This document shows positions 9,455 through 17,955 of a stretch of DNA of 26,725 nt, piece after piece. The stretch's first letter is position 1, and each line of letters begins with the position of its first letter. The notes beneath the pieces were generated by a model that was given only the letters and a program-made list of their open reading frames with translations, was not told the DNA's origin and did no database searches. The DNA lies in assembly GCA_944325295.1 (NCBI GenBank), contig CALUZL010000143.1:1-26725 (forward strand). The letters run 5' to 3'. The stretch is from an uncultured Erysipelotrichaceae bacterium (GTDB lineage: Bacteria; Bacillota_I; Bacilli_A; Erysipelotrichales; Erysipelotrichaceae). The position numbers and the translations under genes were made by a program.

Positions 9455-9940
9455 TTATAGAAGACCTTCTTTTCTCAGACCCTCCATGACATCGACTTCT
9501 TCGTTTGCCGGGGTGATCCGAGATGTGACTTTACCAAAGTGATCACAGAGTTTTTGATAGACCTGAGCATCTTCCTTGGTAGCAGCGATCGTTTTCGTAA
9601 TCATCTTGTATTGGGTTCCCTGTACCGGTGCGGCTGTACCGACGTTGAATTCCTGGATCTCAAGTCCGGATTCGACAAGTGCCAGCGCATCTGTCGGAAA
9701 CTTACATATTACGAACAATGTTTCATCTTCATGAGCTTTGGCGTAATCGATCGTTTCCTGGATCGAGAAGACCTTGACCGGTGTTCCTCTGGCTGCCAGT
9801 GGCAGTGCCATCTTCTGGATACGATCTTGAGCGACTGCATCATTACAGACGATGATCTCTTTTGCGCCGATATGATTCATCCAAGCCGCTGCAACTTGGC
9901 CATGGATCAAACGGCTGTCAATACGCATGTGTTTAATCAT
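9455..9940 (-). CDS. PTS mannose/fructose/sorbose family IIB component
   Basis: RIDSRLIHGQV phospho-His motif, VCNDAVAQD and KFPTDAL. Confidence 0.95.
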   Translation of the reverse strand: MIKHMRIDSRLIHGQVAAAWMNHIGAKEIIVCNDAVAQDRIQKMALPLAARGTPVKVFSIQETIDYAKAHEDETLFVICKFPTDALALVESGLEIQEFNVGTAAPVQGTQYKMITKTIAATKEDAQVYQKLCDHFGKVTSRITPANEEVDVMEGLRKEGLL

Positions 9941-9984
9941 AATTTACCTCATTTCTATAGATTTAACATTGTAGCTGACTTTTT

Positions 9985-10818
9985 TTATTTAGCCAAGATT
10001 TCGAATGCACCTAAAGCGAATGTGACAATAGCCAAGATGAGGATTGTCTTTAAAGGTGATACACGGAATTTCTTGATCAGTAAGTAGCAACCGGCCGTTA
10101 AAAGGATCGGTAACAGATACGGTAAGATCGCATCTAACATACCTTGGACCTGAATGACGTTTGCAACTTCTTCACCGGCTTCGTTGATGATCGTACCGAT
10201 CTCGATATCATTGATATGTAATGAAGCCAAGATCGATGGTACGAAACCACCGATAACGGTGATACCTAAGATACTGGCTGCGACTTGCAATGTATCGAAT
10301 GTGCTCGTTCCGGCAACGTCGCTGATGACTTCCTCACCCTTACGATAACCATAGTAGAATAAAGGCCAACGTACAACGAAAGTGAGAAGGGTCGGTAAGA
10401 TAGCGACGACGACAGCCAACCAGTTACCTTCTGATGCTAAAGAAGCAGCTAAGATATTTAATGGCGGATTTAAAAGAATAGCTTGGATCGTATCACCGAT
10501 AGCGGCTAAAGGACCCATGAGCGCGATCTTCAAACTGTCGGCGATATCGGTCTGATAAGCCTCTTCCAAAGCGAGGGATGCGCCAAACTGGACAGCACCG
10601 GCCATCGGGTTGGTGTTGTAAAACTGCATGTGTCTTTCGAGGTTGCGGCAGATCTCATCGTTATCGTCGTAGAGTTCTTTGAATGCCGGTACCATTGAGT
10701 AAGCATAACCGGCACCCTGCATCTTTTCATAGTTCCAGCACCACTGTAAGCATGCGTTGTAACGCAGAGCTGATTTACTAAGTGTCTTCTTTGACAGTCT
10801 CTTATTAGTTCTAGCCAT
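9985..10818 (-). CDS. PTS mannose/fructose/sorbose family IID component
   Basis: WNYEKMQGAGY, RHMQFYNTNP and LMGPLAAIGD motifs. GGAGGT 7 nt before ATG 10818. Confidence 0.95.
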   Translation of the reverse strand: MARTNKRLSKKTLSKSALRYNACLQWCWNYEKMQGAGYAYSMVPAFKELYDDNDEICRNLERHMQFYNTNPMAGAVQFGASLALEEAYQTDIADSLKIALMGPLAAIGDTIQAILLNPPLNILAASLASEGNWLAVVVAILPTLLTFVVRWPLFYYGYRKGEEVISDVAGTSTFDTLQVAASILGITVIGGFVPSILASLHINDIEIGTIINEAGEEVANVIQVQGMLDAILPYLLPILLTAGCYLLIKKFRVSPLKTILILAIVTFALGAFEILAK

Positions 10819-11551
10819 TATTAGCACCTCCTACATACTTGTTCATGAACAGGGCACCTAAAGCACAACCTAATACTGCAAGAGCGATCGTGTTTAAGCC
10901 AAGGTAGCCATAGCCTACATAACCGATAAGCATGAATGGCCAGAATTTCTTGATATCCATGTATGACAATAAAAGCGCAAAACCGACTGCCGGTAAAGCG
11001 GCACCGACGACTGCCAGACCATTGGATACCCATTCGATACTGTTGGCGAAGTCAGCAAGTACCTGAACGCTGTCGATCATGAGCATACCCAAGAATACCG
11101 GGATAGCACGTGACAGGATCCATGGAAGTGTACCACACAATGTCCAAGTTTCAAATAAGCCGATCTTATTTTTAGCCAGGGCACTTTCACCTAAGTGTTG
11201 GAATACCGTTGTCGTAGCACGACCCAAGATATCCATCTGCGACATCAAAAGGGCCAATGTGACGGCGATACCAAGACCGACATCATAGCTGCCCGTTCTT
11301 GAGGCAACAACTGTACCAAAGACAGTACCGGCGATGTAGTCAGGTATTGTAGCTCCTCCATAAGTGAAGAAACCTAAGCTCATCAAAAGACAAGCCGAAC
11401 CGATTTGGAATCCCATCTCGACGTTTCCTACCATCAAGCCGGAGATGACGCCGGCCCAAAGGACGTTGTTTATGGAAACACCAGAAAGGGCGATTACCTG
11501 GCCGATACCTACGTACAAACCAAGTACGATTCCTAAAACTAAATTACTCAT
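10811..11551 (-). CDS. PTS mannose/fructose/sorbose family IIC component
   Basis: Hydrophobic protein with GGATIPD and GAALPAVGFALLL motifs. RBS GGAGG. Overlaps IID. Confidence 0.93.
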   Translation of the reverse strand: MSNLVLGIVLGLYVGIGQVIALSGVSINNVLWAGVISGLMVGNVEMGFQIGSACLLMSLGFFTYGGATIPDYIAGTVFGTVVASRTGSYDVGLGIAVTLALLMSQMDILGRATTTVFQHLGESALAKNKIGLFETWTLCGTLPWILSRAIPVFLGMLMIDSVQVLADFANSIEWVSNGLAVVGAALPAVGFALLLSYMDIKKFWPFMLIGYVGYGYLGLNTIALAVLGCALGALFMNKYVGGANNG

Positions 11552-11572
11552 TTAATTCATCCTCCTGCTTCT

Positions 11573-11602
11573 ATGATAATGCAAACGTTTCCAATTGTGC
11601 AA
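11573..11602 (-). promoter_or_regulatory. Sigma-A promoter of the PTS operon with a cre/LacI-type operator in the spacer
   Basis: -35 TTGCAC (11597-11602), 18 nt spacer, -10 TATCAT (11573-11578). TGCAAACGTTTCCA (11580-11593) fits TGNAANCGNWWNCA. Confidence 0.7.
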
Positions 11603-11644
11603 CCTTTTTCCCAAAGTTTCACATAATTCTCATAAACAAAATCT

Positions 11645-11676
11645 AAAAAAATTACCTAGTATTTCCTAGGTAATTT
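11645..11676 (-). terminator. Intrinsic terminator after the patB-like gene
   Basis: 11-bp perfect stem AAATTACCTAG / CTAGGTAATTT with a 6-nt loop, ending in a T-run on the minus strand. Confidence 0.8.
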
Positions 11677-11684
11677 AGGTTATC

Positions 11685-12860
11685 TTATATGATTTGATTA
11701 TTCTTTAACCATCTCACTAAACGGTCCAGACCCTCTTTGAGGTTGGCACGCGGTGTGGCACAGTTGACGCGAATGTACTTCTGGTAGCGCTCATCAAAGG
11801 ATACGCCCGGATTGAAGTGGACACCACCCTCTTCCTTGAGACGATCGACAAAATCAAGCGGCAGATCAAAAGCATCTAGGCTTACCCAGGCAAGGTAAGT
11901 AGCGTCAGGGATATGCGTCTTGGCCAAAGGCAGGTTCTCCTTTAAGTAATTCTCCAAATACTTGAAGTTAGCTAAGATGTAGGTGTTGCACTCCTTTAAC
12001 CACTCATCGCCATAGCGGTAAGCCGCTTCAAGAGCCGTGTAACCGAAGATGTTGATCGAAGCGATGCCCACGGCCTTAGCCTCATCCTGAAGCATCTTCA
12101 TGATCTTTTCGTTTTTGCAAAGGATGTAAGATACTTTGATGCCGGCAAGGTTAAACGTCTTTGTCGGTGCACAAAGGACGACGACATTGTCAAGGTACTC
12201 TTCTTTTGTTCCTAAAGCGCTGTGGTGAGTGTGTCCGGGCATGATGAGGTCGCCATGGATCTCATCGGAAATGACATAGACACCGTATTTATAACAGATC
12301 GCCAAAAGGCTTTCGATCTCCTCTTTGCTGAAGAGATGACCGGTAGGATTGTGCGGGTTGCAAAGGATAAAGCACTTGATCTTCGGATCATCTTTAAGCT
12401 TCTTTTCAAAATCTTCAAGATCGACTTTATAGTTTTCATCTTCGTTCACAAAAGATGTCATAACGACTTCTCTTTTAAGCTGTCTTGGCGTATTTACAAG
12501 CGGTGGGTAGCTTGGCATCATGACTAACACCTTGTCATCACTTTCAGTCAAGACGCTCAGCGCCAAATGTAACCCGTGGACGACACCGGTCACAAGAAGG
12601 ATGTCCTTGGCTTCGATGTCGATGGCGTGATGCCTTTTGACAAAGCTTATGATCTCACTGTTTAGATCTTTCATGGCGACGGTATAACCATAGATACCGT
12701 GCTCGGCGCGCTTGACGATCGCCTCCTTGACCTCAGGCACCGTCTTAAAGTCCATATCCGCCACCCAAAGCGGGATGATATCCTTATCACCATACTGATC
12801 CCATTTAGTACAATCCGTACCTTTGCGCATTACGACTTCATCAAAATCAAACATTTTCAT
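11685..12860 (-). CDS. MalY/PatB family PLP-dependent C-S lyase
   Basis: PLWVADMDF, CNPHNPTG, SDEIHGD and APTKTFNLAG (PLP lysine) motifs. Confidence 0.93.
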   Translation of the reverse strand: MKMFDFDEVVMRKGTDCTKWDQYGDKDIIPLWVADMDFKTVPEVKEAIVKRAEHGIYGYTVAMKDLNSEIISFVKRHHAIDIEAKDILLVTGVVHGLHLALSVLTESDDKVLVMMPSYPPLVNTPRQLKREVVMTSFVNEDENYKVDLEDFEKKLKDDPKIKCFILCNPHNPTGHLFSKEEIESLLAICYKYGVYVISDEIHGDLIMPGHTHHSALGTKEEYLDNVVVLCAPTKTFNLAGIKVSYILCKNEKIMKMLQDEAKAVGIASINIFGYTALEAAYRYGDEWLKECNTYILANFKYLENYLKENLPLAKTHIPDATYLAWVSLDAFDLPLDFVDRLKEEGGVHFNPGVSFDERYQKYIRVNCATPRANLKEGLDRLVRWLKNNQII

Positions 12861-13644
12861 TCCTTCTTTCTATTATCGCGATCGCTTCTTTAACACTGCC
12901 TACGACATGATCGCTGTTTCTTTTGACCTCTTCATTTGCCCATTGCACACAAAAACCCAAAGCGGCATGCCTTATCATCTCAAGGTCATTGCCCTCATCA
13001 CCGATACAGGCAAGTTCTTTGGTATCAAGACCGTGTTTCTTCAAAAGATACTCGATGCCATACCACTTGTTAGTCTTGGCACTGACGACCTCAAGACTTT
13101 TGTGATCGGCATGAAAAGCCTTAAAGTCATCGCCATAGTCTTCGTTTATCTTGGCCATGACTTCTAAAGCGAGCTCATCACTTGCACACATCACAAAAAA
13201 CTTGAAGATGACTTCATGATCTTCAAAGAAAGTATCAGGCTTTAAAATATTCAGTTTGCCGAGATCTTTGATCTGCATATGCCTTGCGAAATTACCGTAT
13301 TTGGCCTTGGCATACTCTTGAGGTGTATTGGCATCGATCGTGTAGTCAAGACCTTCAACGCCATCTAAAAAAGCGATCATCCTCAAACCTTCTTCTTTTC
13401 TGATCCCGGATATCAAGACTTCATCTTTACCATCACTGACGACTGACCCGGTCGAGCCGATCATGTATTCCGGATAAAGCCCCTGACGATTGAGCTCCTT
13501 TAAGAAACTGCAAGGACGCCCGCTGGCGACCCAAAAACGACCGCCCTTTTCCACAAAAGCATTCAGGGCAGCGATGTCGTCTTTAGCGATCGTCTTGTGA
13601 TCGCTTCCTAAAAGGGTGCCGTCCAGATCTGAGACAAAGATCAT
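12847..13644 (-). CDS. Cof-type HAD-IIB phosphatase
   Basis: DLDGTLL, ASGR, K.tNKWYG and IGDEGNDLEM motifs. Confidence 0.92.
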   Translation of the reverse strand: MIFVSDLDGTLLGSDHKTIAKDDIAALNAFVEKGGRFWVASGRPCSFLKELNRQGLYPEYMIGSTGSVVSDGKDEVLISGIRKEEGLRMIAFLDGVEGLDYTIDANTPQEYAKAKYGNFARHMQIKDLGKLNILKPDTFFEDHEVIFKFFVMCASDELALEVMAKINEDYGDDFKAFHADHKSLEVVSAKTNKWYGIEYLLKKHGLDTKELACIGDEGNDLEMIRHAALGFCVQWANEEVKRNSDHVVGSVKEAIAIIERRNENV

Positions 13645-13646
13645 TA

Positions 13647-14045
13647 TTATTGAGCCTGTTCTAAGACCTTCTTGAGGTCAGCTACACCATCTTTACCCGT
13701 ATTTAAAAGGTTGGCTACATCGATGTCACCGAATTCGCGGGAAGTCATGACTTCTAAGACCATCGGCAAGTTCATTCCGGTGATGACCTCGACTTTGTCG
13801 TTTAAGATCCTGGCCATGCAGTTGCAAGGACTGCCAAACAAAAGATCGCAAAAGACAAGGACGCCATCGCCTGTATCGACTCTTTCACAAGCCGCCTTTA
13901 AGACATCGACGAATTCATCGGGGTTGTCTTCCGGTTTAAGACAGACAGCTTCGACCTGTTTTAAATCTTCTCCCAAAAACAGTTTAACTGTTTCAAGCAT
14001 CCCTCTGGCGAGGTCTCCGTGACTTGTAATGATTATACCCTTCAT
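13647..14045 (-). CDS. PTS mannose/fructose family IIA component
   Basis: IIITSHGDLA, DLLFGSPCN and TGMNLPMVLE motifs. Confidence 0.95.
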   Translation of the reverse strand: MKGIIITSHGDLARGMLETVKLFLGEDLKQVEAVCLKPEDNPDEFVDVLKAACERVDTGDGVLVFCDLLFGSPCNCMARILNDKVEVITGMNLPMVLEVMTSREFGDIDVANLLNTGKDGVADLKKVLEQAQ

Positions 14046-14071
14046 CTTTTCTTCCTCCCTAAAGTATAATT

Positions 14072-14602
14072 CTATTTTCCTTCCATCTTTCTCTTTTTGA
14101 AAAACGCCACAAGAAAGATGATACTGAATACCAATACGATAGCGGCCAAGGCATAGTTGAGGATCGCTGTCAAATTGTCAAAATCACTCATCTGCACATT
14201 GACACAAAGCAAGATGCTCATAGCCAAACACAAGATGCTGGCCGTGATGATCCGCGCTTGGCTCAGCGGCTCGACGATCCGATCGATGAGCGATGAATTC
14301 TCCGGTTTTTTAAAGCCGCTTATGACCTTGAGACTGGGAACGAAATTCTTATAAAACATGAAAGTCATCCCGACATAGATAAAAATGCCAAGACCGATAC
14401 CCAGCCAAAACTGGTTCAAGACGCTTGTGACGATAAAACCGATGATGATCGCTAAAGGCAGACGTGATTGATAGATCGTATACTTCTTGTATTCATCATC
14501 GTCGTTGATCCAATAGCCTTTTTTGTCAAAAATATTGTAGAAGACATAGCGTCCCCTTTCATCTGTGTAGACATGCAAACCTACTAATCTTCCTTTTTTC
14601 AT
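14072..14602 (-). CDS. Hypothetical membrane protein (about 4 TM)
   Basis: 176 aa. ATGA overlap with the upstream gene. Two hydrophobic hairpins. Confidence 0.75.
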   Translation of the reverse strand: MKKGRLVGLHVYTDERGRYVFYNIFDKKGYWINDDDEYKKYTIYQSRLPLAIIIGFIVTSVLNQFWLGIGLGIFIYVGMTFMFYKNFVPSLKVISGFKKPENSSLIDRIVEPLSQARIITASILCLAMSILLCVNVQMSDFDNLTAILNYALAAIVLVFSIIFLVAFFKKRKMEGK

Positions 14603-15732
14603 TTACCGAGCTCCTTTAAAAAAGATATGATCCTCTCTTTGGTACCTTTAGTCAGTGTATCGAGAAACATCTCATAAGTCACATAGGGAAAATCTACCGG
14701 CAAGATGTAAGGACCATAACCGTTAGAGTAAGATACCAAGATACTATTATTAATATTAATATAATTTAAGTAATCCGAAAAGATTTCATTGGGATAAAAT
14801 ATGACCTTAAAAGTTCCAAGAGAAAGGATGCTGATCTTAGCTCCTTTTTGTGCCTTGGTAAGGTCGATACGAGAGCGCATGATCTCGCCATACCTTATCG
14901 TCTCAAGCTCCCTCTCACTCAGATCGCTGCGGATCTCATCTAAAGCGATCGGTGCCAGTGTGTGCTCATAGGGCAAAAAATACTCCTTGCAGTCAAGAGC
15001 CAGCTTTTGGTATTTTTCTTGAGTTTTAAGACTCTCGATCTTTTTGACCAAGAGCTTTGCAAGTCTTGAGACTTCCTTATAATCCTGGCCCTCTCTTACA
15101 AAACGCGAAGAGATGTCGCCCATCGCACCACTGAGATAAGTGAAATCTTCAAGCGGATAGTGCTCATGTAACTCTTTTAGGACAAGTCCTGGAAATTCGC
15201 TGCTGAAATAGGGTGTATCGGCACTTAAGATCGTCGGATGACAATTGTAGATGACGATGTTTAAAAGGACATCATTAGCGTCTTTGATCTCTATAAGACT
15301 GAGGTATTCATTGTGGGCCTCATAGCCACTTATCCTTGACTTTCCAACTTTATCGAAAGGAGTGGTCACCTTTGCATAGTAAAGATCGCCATACTCTTTG
15401 ATCGTCATCTTTTCGATATTGGTCTTGATGACCTTTAAAAGATAGCTTCGATATTCACTGTCGCTCACATCATTCCCATAGTGGGTATGCGTCGCTGACG
15501 TTATGAGCTTTACATCAGCGCCCACATAAGCCTTTAATTCGGCGTAGAGCTTTTCATCAAAACCCAAAAGATCTAAGGATATGTGCAAGACCTTGATATC
15601 TTTCTCAAGATAAAAGATCCGTCCCTTTAGATCATCATGATATTTATCGATCTTTTCTGTCTGCATCAAATGACCGCATTGTCTTGTTGCAAAAGGTGCC
15701 GCGATCGAAAACGCACAAAATCCATAACGCAT
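14599..15732 (-). CDS. Neutral/alkaline ceramidase N-terminal-domain-like metallo-amidohydrolase
   Basis: SLDLLG, SATHTHYG, YNCHPTIL, SSEFPG and GAMGDIS motifs match this family's metal-binding pattern. No signal peptide. Confidence 0.7.
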   Translation of the reverse strand: MRYGFCAFSIAAPFATRQCGHLMQTEKIDKYHDDLKGRIFYLEKDIKVLHISLDLLGFDEKLYAELKAYVGADVKLITSATHTHYGNDVSDSEYRSYLLKVIKTNIEKMTIKEYGDLYYAKVTTPFDKVGKSRISGYEAHNEYLSLIEIKDANDVLLNIVIYNCHPTILSADTPYFSSEFPGLVLKELHEHYPLEDFTYLSGAMGDISSRFVREGQDYKEVSRLAKLLVKKIESLKTQEKYQKLALDCKEYFLPYEHTLAPIALDEIRSDLSERELETIRYGEIMRSRIDLTKAQKGAKISILSLGTFKVIFYPNEIFSDYLNYININNSILVSYSNGYGPYILPVDFPYVTYEMFLDTLTKGTKERIISFLKELGK

Positions 15733-16343
15733 CAGCTTTTCCCCTTGGACTTCTTAAGACTTTCCTTATAGCGCTCAATGATGAGCCCCTGTTTATAATA
15801 AACATTCAAATAGCGGATGTCTTTGATGTTAGTCTCATAGTTACTTATAAGCGTCTCGATATCTTCATAGACAGCTAAAAGGATGTTGGGGATGACAAAC
15901 ATGTGGTCCGGTTTGTTTGGATCGTAGGTGATATAGACAAATCCGTTTGGCAGCCGCGTCATCGAACTGTTGAACTTCTCATAGATGACCCCTTCGTGTT
16001 TTTTGAGATCTTTATCATAGAACTCGACCTTCAGACACCAGATCGGGTATTTGCGGTTGTTTGAATCTTTGATGATCCTTTCAAAGGTCGTATCCGTGAT
16101 CTTGGCCAAAGCGATATAGCCATCCTTGACCATCTTGTTGATGATGTTTTTATCGGCATTGTTTTCATAGTACTTGAAAAAGATGAGGAAGACTGTCGAT
16201 ATGACAACCAGTAAGACTATGACTTCCAAACGCGCACTGTACCAGACGGTCGGGTTGAGCGTCAAATAGATTATCGCTGCCAACAAAAGCGCTAAGAAGC
16301 TGATTATCATGATATTGCAGCGTCGATTTAATTTAAGTTGCAT
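15732..16343 (-). CDS. Hypothetical membrane protein, 2 TM plus a DUF3592-like soluble domain
   Basis: 203 aa, AAGGGG RBS, TGATG overlap with the next gene. G..ALAKI and V.I.YDP..P pattern. Confidence 0.65.
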   Translation of the reverse strand: MQLKLNRRCNIMIISFLALLLAAIIYLTLNPTVWYSARLEVIVLLVVISTVFLIFFKYYENNADKNIINKMVKDGYIALAKITDTTFERIIKDSNNRKYPIWCLKVEFYDKDLKKHEGVIYEKFNSSMTRLPNGFVYITYDPNKPDHMFVIPNILLAVYEDIETLISNYETNIKDIRYLNVYYKQGLIIERYKESLKKSKGKS

Positions 16344-16439
16344 AAAATTTCCCCTTTTATCTTACCTCATGATACAACATAATAGCCTTGTTGACCATGA
16401 TATTGTACACATCATCTTTGGGTTTGGTATCATATAATC

Positions 16440-17441
16440 ATGGATATCGTCAAAGAAGTTTTTAAAAAGGTGTCATTCAATAAAAACAAGCTCATCGCCT
16501 ATGGCTTTAAGCAAATAGACGATCATCTTCACTACGAGCGATCGTTTTATGAAAACTTTAAAGCCGTCATCGATATCGACAGCCAGGGAGAAGTGAGTGC
16601 ATCGGTCTATGATGAAGATATGGACGAGGAGTATCTGCCGGTCAAAAATAACAGTCAAAACGGTGAGTTCGTTTCCACTGTCCGCTACCACTTCCTGGCT
16701 CTTCTTGAAGATATCAAAGCCAATGGTTTTGATAATACTTACTTTCAAAGTCAGCAAGCCAATCGCATCGCCGCCTGTATCAAAGCTGAGTTTGGCGATG
16801 AAGCGCTGTTTCTTTTTAAAAAAGACGGCGATAAAGATACCGGTGTCTTCAAAGACAGGACAAACGGCAAGTGGTATGGCATCATCATGAACATCGACTA
16901 CCGAAAACTCGGCATCGAAAAAGATGGAAAAGTCGATATCATAAACGTCAAACTAAAACCAGATATGATCGACGAACTAATTGCTAATGACGGCTTTCAT
17001 CGTGCCTATCACATGAACAAGCGCTATTGGCTCTCGATAAGACTTGATGAGACCCTTATAGACGAGGTGATCATGAGCCTTGTGGCTAAAAGTCATGATT
17101 CGATTACCATCACTTCAAACGAGTGGATCGTCCCAGCCAACCCCAACTGGTTTGACATCTTTGAATATTGTGACCGTAAGGGCAATATCACTTGGCACAG
17201 GATAAAAGGGGTAAGACCAAATGACACTATCTATCTTTATATAACTAGTCCGATCAAAGCCTTGATGTATCGCTTTAAAGTCTTAAAAGCTGATGAAAAC
17301 GGCATCATCATGAAACGCGAAAGGAAATATCCCAAAGACCGCTATCCCTACAGCACCCTTGTAGCCTATGGCATCAAAACTGTCCGCGGCCCAAGAAAAG
17401 TAAGCACCGACTTAAGTGAGCTCTTAAAAGAAGATCAGTGA
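16440..17441 (+). CDS. MmcQ/YjbR-family protein with a C-terminal EVE/PUA-like domain
   Basis: YjbR motifs KWYGIIM, INVK and AYHMNKRYW. The C-terminus WIVPANPNWFD...NDTIYLYITSP resembles an EVE domain. Confidence 0.82.
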   Translation: MDIVKEVFKKVSFNKNKLIAYGFKQIDDHLHYERSFYENFKAVIDIDSQGEVSASVYDEDMDEEYLPVKNNSQNGEFVSTVRYHFLALLEDIKANGFDNTYFQSQQANRIAACIKAEFGDEALFLFKKDGDKDTGVFKDRTNGKWYGIIMNIDYRKLGIEKDGKVDIINVKLKPDMIDELIANDGFHRAYHMNKRYWLSIRLDETLIDEVIMSLVAKSHDSITITSNEWIVPANPNWFDIFEYCDRKGNITWHRIKGVRPNDTIYLYITSPIKALMYRFKVLKADENGIIMKRERKYPKDRYPYSTLVAYGIKTVRGPRKVSTDLSELLKEDQ

Positions 17442-17474
17442 TCATAGACGAATTTTAAAAAGGAGATGACCAAA

Positions 17475-17862
17475 ATGAAAAGCTACTCAGACCATTATTG
17501 ATCTGTGTATTAGTTCTGGGTCTTACTGCTTGTAGCAATACCCAAATCGAGCCATCACCAACGCCCACTACAAATACTGAAAAGATCCAAGATAAAGATC
17601 AAAGTGTCACAAATGAAGATCACACTCCTTCAACTGACTATACAAACATAAGTGATGATTCCTCAGACAGCATTAAAATACAGATAACGACAAGACCACA
17701 ACAACTCAAAACCCAGAGAAGTCTGAACCTAACAAAACACAATCAAACAATACTTCTTCTAATAATAATTCATCATCAAATAACACATCTTCAAACTTAT
17801 CATCTAATAGTGGATCCTCTCTTTATGAAATTCCCTCAAGATCTCTATTTCTTCATCTTTGA
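17475..17862 (+). pseudogene. Frameshifted lipoprotein with a Ser/Asn/Thr-rich linker
   Basis: AGGAG plus ATG 17475. Adding one A at 17478-17481 gives MKKLLRPLLICVLVLGLTAC (lipobox). Adding one A at 17675-17678 continues into TDNDKTTTTQNPEK...SNNNSSSNN to TGA 17860-17862. Confidence 0.75.
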
Positions 17863-17905
17863 TTTTTGTATATAACATCATACAATTACTTTAGGCACAG
17901 TGCCC

Positions 17906-17955
17906 TCCTTTCTTTTGATCAGTTACCCGTTTAGATCATAAAGAAAGGACTTTTT
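17906..17955 (+). terminator. Terminator-like hairpin after the lipoprotein pseudogene
   Basis: TCCTTTCTTTTGATC / GATCATAAAGAAAGGA stem with one bulge, followed by CTTTTTAT. Confidence 0.6.

Noticed and set aside
6734-11551. Fructoselysine/glucoselysine (Gfr-type) utilisation locus
   Set aside because: A mannose-family PTS with tandem SIS genes is similar, but the SIS motifs here are UPF0309-type single domains rather than GlmS/FrlB-type, and murQ/nagA point to N-acetylhexosamines.
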